From contig JAUCBJ010007887.1 of the NCBI GenBank assembly GCA_032718475.1, positions 1 through 64,000 of the forward strand: 64,000 nucleotides of DNA, read 5' to 3'. The notes under the pieces were generated by a model. That model was not told where the DNA came from and did not search any database. It saw only the letters and a list, made by a program, of their open reading frames with translations. Position numbers and translations under genes: made by a program. Below are positions 10,722-23,479 of the stretch, in pieces (position 1 is the first letter of the stretch; every line of letters begins with the position of its first letter). This DNA comes from Nemertoderma westbladi. Its lineage: Eukaryota > Animalia > Xenacoelomorpha.

Positions 10722-13700
10722 ATGACTAGCGATGATGAAGATGAGACTGGGGGAATTAAAGATTTTAAAAAGAGGCGAAGCTAAGAAAGGAAAAATGCTA
10801 CTCGCCTTATAAATGATTTAGAAAAATTACGTAGAACCCCTGAGACTGGTATAAATTCTGATGATCTTGCCTACCAAATATAACTATTAGATCGTCAACG
10901 GCAATTGTTGAATGAGTTGGACTCTGAACTTATTTCCCTAGGTTATCAAGATCCTGTTGTATCCCAATATGACCGCGACATAGATTGTGTTATTTATAAA
11001 TCCCGCCGTCTGTTGGCTCGGTTGGAAAATAATATTAATGCTTTAGTTTCACACCCATCAAATTCAGATGCCTCCTCTAGCCCTGGTGAAATGGACCGCG
11101 ATATTCCCAAAATTAAACTCCCAAGTTTTAGTGGTCAGTACCTACAGTGGCGCCCGTTTTGGGACCAATTTAAAGCAATAATCCACGATAGACCAGGTCT
11201 CTCTGATATAAAGAAATTTATTCATTTACGCAGCTGTTTGGAGGGAGAGGCAAAGGAGGCAATTTCAGGTTTGCCAGCCTCTGCAGCAAATTATTCCAAC
11301 GCAGTTAATAAACTTAAAAATAGGTACGGTAACCCCCACTTACTAATTGGAATGTATGCCTCACAACTTTGTTCCTTACCACCCATGCGTGATAATGATT
11401 TAAAGGTATTTAGGCGGACTATGGATGCTTTTGAAAGTTCGCTAAGTGAAATACGCCAACTTTCAGTTGAAATTCAGGAGGAACCAACAAGAGAGGAACC
11501 TTCTACTTCTACTGATTTAACTTCTCTCCTTTTGGCTCCACTTCTTCTGCAAAAACTTCCTTCTGATCTAGTTATGGTATGGAATCGCAATCATTCTTCT
11601 GATCGGTTTAACCTAGATTTATTGCTAGAATTCATTCGTAAGGAGTTGGAGTCAAGGGAATCGGTTGAGTTTACTTCTAAACCATATGCATCAACCCAAG
11701 TGGTTAGAACTTCAATAGGACCGAAATTCCCTACAACAAATTCCAAATCACATGCAGCTACAGGATCTTTTGTTGTGCATGAGTCAACCCCAAAGTCAAA
11801 TGCTTGCATATTTTGCCATACTAAACCAATTCATCGGTTTAAGGACTGTTCTGTTTTTCTATCTAAGCAAATCGAGGAACGGCTTAAAATTCTTAGGCTT
11901 AGTAATATTTGTACAAACTGTCTTGGCAATCATGGTACCAAGGACTGCTAATCCTCAACTGGATGCTACTCCTGTGGGAAAAGACATAATACTTTATTGT
12001 GTTTTAAAAGGTCCCGTGAGTTAGCTCAAGGATCAACCCCAGTGCATAAACCATCTTCCCATACAACTACTTCTGCAGTTCTGCCATGTATACCTACAGT
12101 TCCATCCATTTCACCACCTCAGTCCCACGGGGGTCCTCCAGCTGTACTAAATTCCAGGGAGGCTTCTAGTCAGCCACCTCATTTTCATTGGGGTCCGACC
12201 TCAACTTCCTGGGGAGTTTCCAATAATCCTAATAACTCTATTGTTTCAGATACCCCAACCCAGGCTGAAAACTATTCAGTGTTTGTAAAGTTGGCAATGG
12301 CTTTTATAGTTCCACCAGATAATAACCATGGTGGCTACTGGATTCATGTGTATTTGGACGATGGTTCAAAACGTTCATACATTCGAACTGACTTGGCTAC
12401 TGAATTAGACTTACCCATTATTGAATCCCGAGTAATGTCCACTGGCTCATTTGGTAATATAGTACAAACTAATCAATCAAATTTAGTCACTTTCAATTTA
12501 TTCAGCCAATTCTCTCAAGATTTTGTAACTTTATCTGCCTGGACGGCAGATAAGCTTTGTCCAATTATGAAACAGGAAAAGTTATATTCACTCCCTCAGT
12601 CTGTATCACATTTAGGTGAATGGGCTGACAACTTTAATGGTGGTAATCGCGATATTTCAATTATTATAGGAGCAGACAACATATGGTCTGTAACTGACTC
12701 GGTACATAAATTTCCAAATAGCCCCACTGTTGTCAGTACATTTTTTGGTAACGTTTTTTCGGGGCCTTATCGCTCTAATCCCTCTCTTCCTACGGATATT
12801 TCCCCATCAATGTATATTTCAGAAATCCCTGATAACTCGATTGAACAGTTATGGAATTTAGAGGCAGTTGGGGTAAAAGAACAAGATGTAGATTGTACTC
12901 CTTACCCACCACCAGTAGTTTCCCAAGAAGAATTCCCTCATTACCAAGTCCGTTTGCCTTTTAAAGGCATACAACGGCCCTCCAGTAACTTCCCTTCTGT
13001 ATCTGCAATTCAGCCGAAGGTGTTTTTCAGACTTAACATTAATGAGAAAAATGTTTATGGTGAGAAATTGCGTAAACTTATTTCGGATGGCATTATTGAA
13101 CCAGCCACTTCCGATAGCCATGAAGGTTTTTTTCTCCCTCACCATTTGGTATATTCCTCCAATAAATACCATATTGTCTTCAATGGTTCTGCTAGAGACT
13201 ACAATGGAGTTACTTTAAACTCTTGTTTAGACCCAGGACCCAATTTGTTAACCTTATTGGTTGACGTTATCCTCCGAGTTCGTCTTCACCCTCATGTTGT
13301 TATGGGGGATGTTGAAGCAGCATTTCATCAAGTTGCTATCCATCCTGATGATCGTAAATGGGTTAAGTTGAGATGGAATGGGTGTGATTATCAATTTAAA
13401 TTTGTTCCCTTTGGTTTAAACTCAAGTTCCTTCCTACTCCATTCGACTATCCATTTCCATGTTTCATCAGAAGCTCCACCTACTTTCAATGATGAAATTA
13501 TAGAATCTTTATATTGTGATGATGTAATTCATTCTGATGATAGTTATGAGCGGGCTGGTTGGTTTATCGCTGAAACAGCTGCTCTACTTTCAAGGGCAGG
13601 TATGAACCTTCGCATTGTTGATAATCCAACCAAGATACTCGGCCTTCCTTGGAAAACTTCCACAGACACACTCTATATAGATACTTCCAGTATTCTTAAT

Positions 13701-16082
13701 GGTCCAGTTATATGTCGCAGAGATGTCATAAAGGCTGCGGCACGTATTTATGACCCACTGGGTTTGATACGTCCTTGGACTCTTCTTGGTAGGATCATCC
13801 TTCAACTTAGCTGGAAATCTAAACTCAACTGGGATGATCCTCTGCCTGCTGATCTCCTTAAATTATGGAATAATTGGGCATCAGATTGTGGTATTCGTGT
13901 TTATTTCCCCCGGTGTGTTTACATATCCAACATTTCGGAATTGTTTATATTCTGTGATGCATCAATAAAGGCTTACGCATTTTTGGCTTATATTGTAAAT
14001 CCAAACTCCTTGCCTACTTTATTTTTTGGGAAGGCAAGGGCTGCACCTATTAAACCAACAACATTGTCTGTTCCACGACTTGAATTAATGGCAACAGTTC
14101 TTGGGGCTAATTTCGCCAACCATGTCACAAATAAAATTTTCCATCCAAAGCAAATTCACTTATTTTCTGATGCTCTTTGTGTGCTAAATTGGATTCGTAA
14201 AGGTCCCAACAAGCGTGATATCTTCGTCAATAACCGAGTTCAAACTATAGTAAAAGTAACAGATCCTACATTTTGGCACTATGTACCAACGGACCTAAAT
14301 CCGGCTGATATTCCAACAAGGGGCTGTTCTCTCTCCCATTTGGCTACTTGTGAGCAATACCTACATGGACCTCATTTTATAACAAAGCCACATTCAGAGT
14401 GGCCAATAGAACCTTTACCCCCTCCCCAACTTGTTATGATAACAGAGGTTCATCCTTTAGCTGAATGGTCTTTGATTTGCTTGGAATCATATTCTGGCTT
14501 TTGGAAGCCTGTCCACATCCTCGCTTGGATATTTAGATATATAAACAACCTACGCCATATTGATTCTAAAATATCTGGACCATTAACCTTCATTGAGAAG
14601 CAGCATTTATTGAATTTATTAATTCGTATAGAGCAGCGTAAAACTTACAGTGTAGAGGTTAGGGTGTTAGAGTCAAACCCTTCCTCAAGCGTCTCTCAAC
14701 AATCCCCTATTCATAAACTCCGCCCAATAATAGAAAATGGGATATTAAAATCCCAACCCCGAACTAGAGAGAATCCTAGAATTATACTACCAAAGAGCAG
14801 TGATCTTACCAAATTGATTGTTCTCCATATTCATGAAAGCCTAATGCATCAAGGTGCCAGTGCCACACTGGCTCAAATTAATCTGAAATATTCCATTCCA
14901 GGTGGGCGTTCATTGGTTCGTAAACTTCTACATAATGAATGTAATAAATGTAAACGGTATCGAGCATTACCATATAAGGCTAGTGAATCGTTATTACAAC
15001 CTTTTCATTGTCAACCTTTAGTTCCATTCCAGTGTATGGGTATTGATTTCTTTGGTAACTTACGTTCCGATGATGGGGATAAATTACCATGTTTATTGGC
15101 TACATGCGCTTCAACTCGTGCCATCAACTTAGAGCTTTGTGATGATGGATCAGCTTTTCATACACATTTGGCTCTTAGAAAACTATTCGCTCGCCGGCTT
15201 CGCCCATTTACAGAAGTGGAGATTCATTCCGACAATGCAAAGACCTTTAAGAAAATCTCACACTTGAGATTTCCTCATCATAGTACTGTTTGGCGATTTA
15301 TTCCTGCCCATTCTCCTCACTGGGGAGGATGGTGGGAGCGTTTGGTTAAACTGGTCAGATTGTGTCTAAAGATAACCTTACATGGTCAGAAATTTACAAA
15401 ATGTCAATTACAGGCAATCATAGCTGAGGTTGAAATGGTTGCTAATTTGAGACCTCTAACTTCTGTTAGTTCAGATCCTAATGATTTTAACATAATCACA
15501 CCAAGTGATTTCTTATATGGTATCCCTCCTAAAGATGACAATGACATTGATCCCGCTGCTATAGATTCAGATAAATTGCGGCAGTGTTTATACTCCCGCG
15601 ATCAAATCAGCCGCAGGTTTTGGAAGCTTTGGTCAACAGAATATTTGGCTTCTCTCCGTAACTGGCGTACTAAGAAATCACCTTCTCGTCTACCGAATCT
15701 TGGTGACCTTGTGTTGGTTCATCAAGACAACTGTCCTCGGGGTCGGTGGCCTTTAGCCCGGGTTATAAAACACTTTGTTGGTCCAGATGGCGAATGTCGG
15801 GCTACTGAGATACTTTTGAATGGCAAGAAAACGACACGGGCGGTTCATCTACTTATTCCACTTGAAGTCGACAATTGTTACAAGGTTCCTAACCGTGGGG
15901 GTAATGATCAACAACAAAAAACTCAGATGTCACCTATATGTGTTGATAATACTCAAGAAGACTCCATCGATAGAAGGGTTCGAGGTAAAAGGGAATCTGT
16001 CCCTATTGATAGTAACCAATCTCCTTTAATTACCTCACGTGGTCGTATCTCTAAGAAACCTGATTATTTCGTAGCCCATTAG
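10722..16082 (+). pseudogene. BEL/Pao gag-pol polyprotein of E (single frame, three in-frame TAA stops in gag)
   Basis: KLPSFSG..W..FW (Pao gag), three Cys/His knuckles, protease LDDGS, RT YCDD, RNase H FCDAS, integrase H-H-C-C and DFFG/SDNA/WERL, C-terminal WPLARV; stops at ~10782, ~10880, 11949. Confidence 0.95.
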
Positions 16083-16999
16083 CTACGACGTGGGGGTATG
16101 TGAACTATTGTCTTATTGTTTATATCAGAAACTAATACATACTGTATACCTGTAGCCTTTCGGTTGGTGTTGGGTTTTGATTGTACCTACCAGTACTGTT
16201 CTATGTATACACCCTACTGCTGTACTACCCTACCGGTATGTGGTTCTTTGGTGTTTTCTGCCGGTGCCTTGATTACAGTCACATTCTGACATTATTATTA
16301 TACAGTTATATTGCTGCACTGCTTTACCGCCATTACTTATGTTTTCTGCCAGATCCCATATTTGGATTGCAGTATTTTATACGCACATCCTCAATGGCAC
16401 CCATATGCTAAGACTTCGGGTCAATTTGTGGGTCGCCCCACATTTTGCATTCATATCTTGGTTGGAAATACTTAGTTGCACTTTATTATCACTAATTATC
16501 CAGAAATTACTGTTAGGTTAAGTGTAAGAGACCATTTTGACCATAGTATTTGTACAGGTCCCGTACTTTACTTAGCAATGTCCCATACTTTACCACACAT
16601 ACCACACTGTAAAAAATGTAAAAAATTAGCAATTTAGCAATTCGTCTGATATTTATATTTTTATTTAAGCTTAATAATACAGCTTTATCCTAAACATCAA
16701 CTCAACACCGTACCTGCGCACAATTCGCTAAATTTTAGAATTGAAATCATAAAATAAAAAAAACATTTCGTACGAATCCGTACTTTACCTTAATTGGACA
16801 AGCTGGTGTTTTCTCAAAAGTGACTAAGTCCCGCCATAAGCTTCGCGAAATCAAAGCTGATATTCGAAAGTTCAATCCAAGCACAATTTTGTTCACATAT
16901 GTGCTGTGGATAACATTGTTCAAAGTTGAAACATTGTTGCAATCAAAGTTCAAAATTGTGTACGAATGTCCCGTACTTTACTTTGGAATGAGCCATTAA

Positions 17000-18028
17000 A
17001 TACATACTTAAAAAAATTTCTAAAACAGGTGGACTGTTCTATAAACTTCGACATATACTTTCTAGAGAGTTACTCCGCATGCTTTTTAATACATTAATTT
17101 ATCCTTACATTTTCTATGGATTGAGTGTTTGGGGCGGCACTTACAAGTCCAACACAGATCCTTTGAAAATAAAAATCAATAAAATATTGCGTTGTATCAC
17201 ATTTAATCATTCTCTATCCTCATCCTATCCCATCTACCAACAATTACGTATCCTACCTCTAGATCTCCTCTATAAATACCAGGTGCTAATACTCATGTTT
17301 GAAGTCCATAATAACCCATCTCACCCTCTAGCTTACCTCTTTACTAAAGCCTCTTCGGTTCACTCATATAATACTCGCTCTGCTTCCTCTGGCCTGTATC
17401 ATTTACCTCCGGCTCGTTTGGATGTTCACCATCTTTCATTATCTATGCAAGGGCCACTTTTGTGGAACTCATTATCACAACTTATTAGGGACAGTCGAAA
17501 CCTGGCGATATTTAAGAAAAAATTAAAATACCACTTACTGCAGATATGATTAAACCATTTCAATTTCAATAGCATACATATATATTTTTTTATTTTTATT
17601 TTTTTTTTCATATACATTCTTCCCAATTGGTTATCAACAACTTGCGTTATATAAATATATTTTCCTTTACATATTTTGCGTCATATATATAGTTTCATAC
17701 TTTTTTTCTTTACATATACATTCTCCCCTATTGGTTATCATCAGTTTGCTATGCAGTCTTCTACATACCACAAATTTATTTTTTTACATGCAGGAAAAAA
17801 CAAATATTTATAAAATTCCGACAGCAGTCAACCGCACCGCACCCACCTATCTGTATAATTAAATTTACTTTAAACATTCTAGAACTCTCCAGATGCAGGG
17901 GTGAGCTAAAACTACACTAGCTATGCTATAGCGGAAGCTCACACCAATCAACCCAGCAATCAATTTTGTAGGGTATTGTGCGTTATTTTTATTTTATATT
18001 TTGGAGGAAATAAATAAATAAGAAATAA
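17000..18028 (+). mobile_element. 3' fragment of a CR1/L2-group LINE (RT C-terminal region, 3' UTR, AATA tail)
   Basis: LFNTLIYPYIFYGLSVWGGT...HSYNTRS...GPLLWNSL..FKKKLK (17079-17549); AAATAAATAAATAA at ~18008-18021. Confidence 0.85.
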
Positions 18029-18042
18029 GCTATGGCACGTAG

Positions 18043-18504
18043 TGTAATCACCAATAATACAATATAAGTTACAGTAATAATGTAAAGGTAACAGGGAAGT
18101 TATAGATTTGGCACCAACATCTGACTACTCTCCAATATAGGTTACACCTTCACCTTTCGTATACAAATTGCTAGCTACTTCCTCTCAGCCGTGAGTGACC
18201 TGGTATTTCCCCTATGTACTAATGGTCCCCTTCTATAGTTACGAATAACCAAATGCATTGTCCTTACTGTATTATTGCATTCCCACTGTAGGTTATTGCA
18301 TCATTGTTCGTTCTGCTGATACATATTTAACATTCTAATTTGCGTTCACACCTTTTAGATGGCTTTGTAACCATGCCATACCATCACTCATGCTATAGCC
18401 AATAAGTCATCTCCGGTTGTTACTCTCATAATCATGGCATTTATTTCATCACATATTCTCGGTTAATCTCGTATATTGGTTTGGGATTACTTCACTAACT
18501 AACA
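18043..18504 (-). mobile_element. 3' LTR of element B1 (left end approximate); PPT 18505-18513
   Basis: Minus strand reads AGGGAGGAG|TGTTAG, same start as the LTRs at 1942, 26168 and 27393. Confidence 0.6.
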
Positions 18505-18879
18505 CTCCTCCCTGTCAGCTTGCTGACACACACAGGGTAATTCCAAACCAATCTCTTTATCTCCCCATTTTAGCTTAACTTACGAACTGATAATTCTCTC
18601 ACCACCTCAACTTATATACTTCATATACTCTCGTTTACATTACCTGTGTTCACTGTTCCATATGTATATTTACTTCGACCTTATCTCCTCGTTTTACTAA
18701 CCTTTCATTACTGAAAATAATATGTTTAAGAAATTAAACTGAAATAATTAATCTCATGAATTCCTGGAAATTAACAAATGATTGAATCACAATCATATAA
18801 AGTTATCTTATAGTTATGTAAAGTAATAATATACCTAGATTTATATAAATGTCCAATATATAATTAATCTTTCATTATG

Positions 18880-20830
18880 TTAAAGGTTTATTTCTTATAA
18901 AATATTTCTTCCATCATAAGTATCATTCACTATATAGGAATGTCGTAGGTAGTTATAAAAATAGTTTGTTCTCGTTCACTCCAATAGGAACGCTTATCAT
19001 TGAAGTATGGAGTTTTCTAGCCTTTCTGTTTCTTGAATAGTATTTCTTCCAAGTCTTTCTCACTTATCTGTCTTTGATGTATATACGCGCTTGATACGTT
19101 ACGTAATAACCATCGGCCGATTCCATCCAATCCTGTGGTTCCCACCTACGTTTTTTCTTGTTGGACTCTCTCTGTGTTCGTTCTCGCTGACGCAGCTATC
19201 AAGTCATGACTGGTGAAGTTAGTTCTGTTTCTCCATATGTAACGCTCCTGTTCTTCCATAAAGAAATATAATCCAAGGTGTATACCATGTCTATTATTCC
19301 TCCTATACGTAATCTTTCCTCCTGCCGAGTAAGATTCGAATCATAATAGCCACTCATGAGGGCTTCTTTCATGACACTCCGATCCCTATGTCCTCTGAAT
19401 CCGCATATCATGCATCGCATATTCAGTCAGTTACACGCTGCTAACAAATGATCAAATCTTCCTCAATATACACACTGTGATACCTATGTTTCTGTTGCTA
19501 TACAAGCTATCTTCAATTGGTGTAGACTCCCACAGAATCCACATCCCAGATTGATATATTGCTGATCAATCCAATGTTGTCTTGGTTCTCCTGTTCATTT
19601 CGATTTTGTTATCCATAGATAATTCAGTCCCTCGTATTGGGTTCCTTGTTTACTGTTAGAGCCTCTTCTAACTGTTGTTTGTTTATTATATCAAATTCCT
19701 TCAGTTTCTTCTGCGTTTCTCTATCCTTTCGTAATAAATCAATTTCCGTCTCTTCCAGCATACCGCATTTCTCTTTGTAGTATTTCTCGTCTCATCGCTG
19801 CTCCATGTAATTCTCCGTCTATTCCAATATACATTGGAACTCTCTGATGACATTCCCACATCATGTAATATTTGTCATACTGTGATAGCTTTTCCAAGGG
19901 CTCTCGTTCCGTCTTCTAATATTCTACCACGGTATCTCGTTGGTTCGATTATTCATTGTTGCTCTATTGCTTGACTCGCTCCTCTCCACTTCCTTACCGA
20001 AAGAAAGAAATAAGAAAGAAATAAAAGTTCGTATCCTCCTGAATAATATACTCATGTTGGATATCCGTCAAGGTGCCTCTCATCCAATGCCATCTCTTCC
20101 ATGGCTTAGGTCTCGTGTTTGCGAAATCGTCCGCCGTTAGCGTTGTTTCTGGATATCTCTCCTTATACTTCCTCCATTCCATTGGTTTATGGTCATGTTG
20201 TCCTAGTATGATCACTATACTTCCTGTTGAAGTACGTTGTGTTCGTTCAATCATTCCCATTCTGTGTAATGATCTCTGCGACTCCATCGCCAACAGGCAT
20301 AACACCTGCAAATCCAGGGTTGCGCCAATGTAGCCATTCATAGATTCGCTTATATCCTTCCTAATATCTGATCCGAATAATATATCGTCCAATCTAGTAT
20401 TAAGTGTGGTACCTTGTCTGGTAATCTTTCTATTTCCATTGTATTGTCTTTATGATCCTTCCTCGTTACATTGAATATGTATACATCGCCATCCAAGTTG
20501 GATATGTGTAAGAAGCATGCACCTCTGACCATACCCTCCGTATCCATTAATAGGATACCCGTATCTTTAACTCATTTTTTGAACACTATCCATTGTTTAC
20601 CCGTTGGGTTCCTCAGTGTCACTCCCTGATTTACTTGTTGATGTAGGTGCATCTTTTCTTCGACTGTTTTCTTTAGCTGCAGTGTTCCATACATATCCAT
20701 CAACGTTTGCTTATGCGCCAACCAGAATTTCAGCTGTAATGTTGCCATCCCCTCGTGTTTAACTGTTCTAATGGCACCATCTTTGGTAGACTCATTGTTG
20801 ACTTTTAATGCTACTGTATAGGGCGACCCT
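18880..20830 (-). pseudogene. Accessory ORF of B1: DEDDy-like 3'-5' exonuclease plus triple zinc knuckle, degraded
   Basis: ILLMDTEG, FLHISNLDGDVYIF, LPDKV, LFGSDIRKD, LDLQ, HKPMEWRK, WMRGTLTDIQHEYIIQED; then GCGFCGSLHQLKIAC..QCVY*GRFDHLLAACN*LNMRCMICGFRGH (hand translation of 19385-19545). Confidence 0.75.
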
Positions 20831-21099
20831 TTATCGATGATTTCATATATTACCGCTCAATAGGGTATCTGATATAATATTATGTTTTAATATTAATTAA
20901 GTTTATTATAAACTTATCCTAGGGCCTAAATAATTTAGTAGAATCATTAACGACCTACTATCCTAATCCTTATTTTATAATTCGTTGATTTATATTAACT
21001 CCCTATTATTTAATTAAATTGGTACAAATTGTAAGTTTGTCAGTTAGGAATATTATTTCCAGATTCCTATCTTCTACATCAATCACCTACATTGCCCTG

Positions 21100-21620
21100 G
21101 ATCTATAGCAATAGTATTAACCGAAATTCCATCCATCTTCAGGATTTTATCTCTGGAAATTGAATGTTTTCGGCTGGAACCCAGTTCAAGAAGCAAACTG
21201 GAAAGCTATGGACTCATAGTGGACCCAGTAGTCACAAGTCCCAGATAGACCATATTCTGTTTCTTAGGAAATACAGGAGCTCTATACAAGACTGTAATGC
21301 ATTTATACTTCGACCCTTCTCAAGTGATCACCGCCTTATTGTGGCCAAGGTAAGACTTAGTCTGCGTGCTAGCAGAACAACGAAATCTGCCTTGCCGTGG
21401 CATGACTAGTCCTCTCTGTTTCATCAGCCAAGTATGAGATCCAGCTTCACACTATACCTGAGCAACAGGTATGAGGTGCTTGCCTCTGAGGCGGCAGATC
21501 ACTGCGAGGGCTATACTTCCTTTAGAGAAGCAGTTAAGTTAGAAGCTGCAGAAACAGTTCCTGTATACCCTCGTAAAAAGGAAACAGGCCCCCTGGGATG
21601 ACCACAAAATTTGGATGTGC
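21100..21620 (+). mobile_element. RTE-type LINE fragment (AP endonuclease C-terminal half)
   Basis: LWTHSGP..KSQIDHIL...SSDHRLIVAKVRLSLR. Confidence 0.8.
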
Positions 21621-21989
21621 CGAAAATTAGAAAATCCTAATTAGAAAATTTATTCACTGCATGGTAAATGTTAAAGTTAAATTGTTCAAAGCATTCTGCA
21701 CTCAGGTATTTTGTATCGCCCTTTGGGCGCGTCTAAATTACAATCTATATACGACAAATGAGCAAAGGGCGGGAAATTTAAACGTAAATTTAATACGACA
21801 AATAGTGTATAGCTTACAATAACATTACCCATAGACTTTTTGGTTACCAAAATGATTGTAGTGTCTCCTATATGTGCGGTTCTCCCAATATTCCCAAGTT
21901 AATTAATACACAATCGATACTGTGCTTTAATATCTCTTATGTCCAGAGTCAGTAACAATGAAAACAGCATCCTACAGATACATCTGATA

Positions 21990-22350
21990 GATATGCAATA
22001 TATCGATGAAGATGATATAAACTCGCGACAGAGTTGGAGAGTAGCTTGGGTGATAGGTGCATAGTATTGGAAAAGGTGGATTAACGAGTACCTACCAACG
22101 CTACACGCCCATGAGGAACAAGTGGAGGAATAACCAACGGGAACTTAAGAAATGCAATTTAATAATCGTAACAGATGATACGATCATCAACAATCAGTTG
22201 AGGCTAGCCAGGGTAGTCGAGTGTTACCCTGGGGAGGACGGGAATATTAGATCCATGGAGTTCAGGATTGTAGGAAAGATTGGGGCAAAGGATAGGAAGA
22301 CCTACAGGAGGGTGGTAGGAAAGTGTTGCCTATTGGAGGGAACGCCCTAA
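21990..22350 (+). pseudogene. BEL/Pao integrase C-terminal tail of element B2
   Basis: YWKRWINEYLPTL / KW...LRLARVVECYPGEDGNIRS...CLLEG. Confidence 0.85.
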
Positions 22351-22447
22351 TTAAGTTGAGTCATCCAATAAATTGGACTGAGAGGGTGGGAATGAGGGTG
22401 ATCCTCCAAAAATGAAACATAAAAATAATAAAATAAAAAATATAATT

Positions 22448-22975
22448 ATGTACGCTCGATGAGTACTAACGTACATACATATATACGTCTGATGAGTCCA
22501 CCTGTACTAACGTACATAATATTTAGGTTTTATAGGAACATTACATACGTCTGATGAGTATAAATATACTAATATACATAGAAGGTACGTCTGATAGTAC
22601 ACCTGTACTAACATACATAATATTTAGGAATAGATGAACATAATTACGTAGGCTCGATAAGTACAAATGTACTAACATACATACATACATCTGATGAGTA
22701 CACCTGTACTAATGGACATAATTACATACACACTAATGCCGGGTCAATGGGACCAATAATAGTACATAATTAGTACATATATTATAACTATATTTAGTAT
22801 TAGAAGGGTGGGTATATACTACCATATTTAGGATTAGAAGGGTACATAGTACCACATTTAGGATTATATTATGTATGTCTGATGAGCACTATATGCTCAT
22901 GTACATGTACTAACACTGAGTCAATGGGACCATATGCACTAATGCCAGGTTGATGGGACCAATAATAGTACATAA
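22448..22975 (+). repeat. Degenerate tandem hairpin repeats (CTGATGAGTAC-N4-GTACTAA) in the pol-ORF3 spacer of B2
   Basis: About 7 variable units directly visible. Confidence 0.75.
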
Positions 22976-23479
22976 TATGTACTATAGTGGGCACTGATGG
23001 CGCCACATGACGAGTTGAGGGGGATTTGTAGGCGTGGTAGGATAGATAGTGTAGGCTGCACAAACTTAGACTACTATAGCGCAAAACTCAGAGTGCAGTC
23101 TTAGAGTATTGTTACAGACCCAGAAAGCTGTATGGTGGAAAGTTAGTATAACAACAGGAAAAGTGTAGCTAGTCTTTTCTGTAAACATACAATTAATAAG
23201 TAGTTGATGAATTACCTATGAAGTAATTAACTGATAAGGATGTATAGATAATTAATTATAGCAGGATGAAGAAATCGTAGTAACTGAAAAATAAAAATTA
23301 TAGAAACCTAATTAAAAAGTAACGGACAAAATTGAAAAAGTAGGAAGAATTGACATGTAACTTAAAATAATTGTGAAAAAAGGGAGATAAAAGTAGGCCA
23401 TCGCTGATTTTAATGCTGATTGAAACTAAATTAGTTGTCTCTTGTCCTACTGAGCCTTAGCAAGGCACCACCAGTTTGG

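Larger units (their letters stand above)
6568..16387 (+). mobile_element. Full-length BEL/Pao LTR retrotransposon (element E)
   Basis: 289-bp LTRs 6568-6856 and 16099-16387 (about 5 mismatches by eye), TSD TCCTC, PPT GTGGGGGTA, gag-pol inside. Confidence 0.96.
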
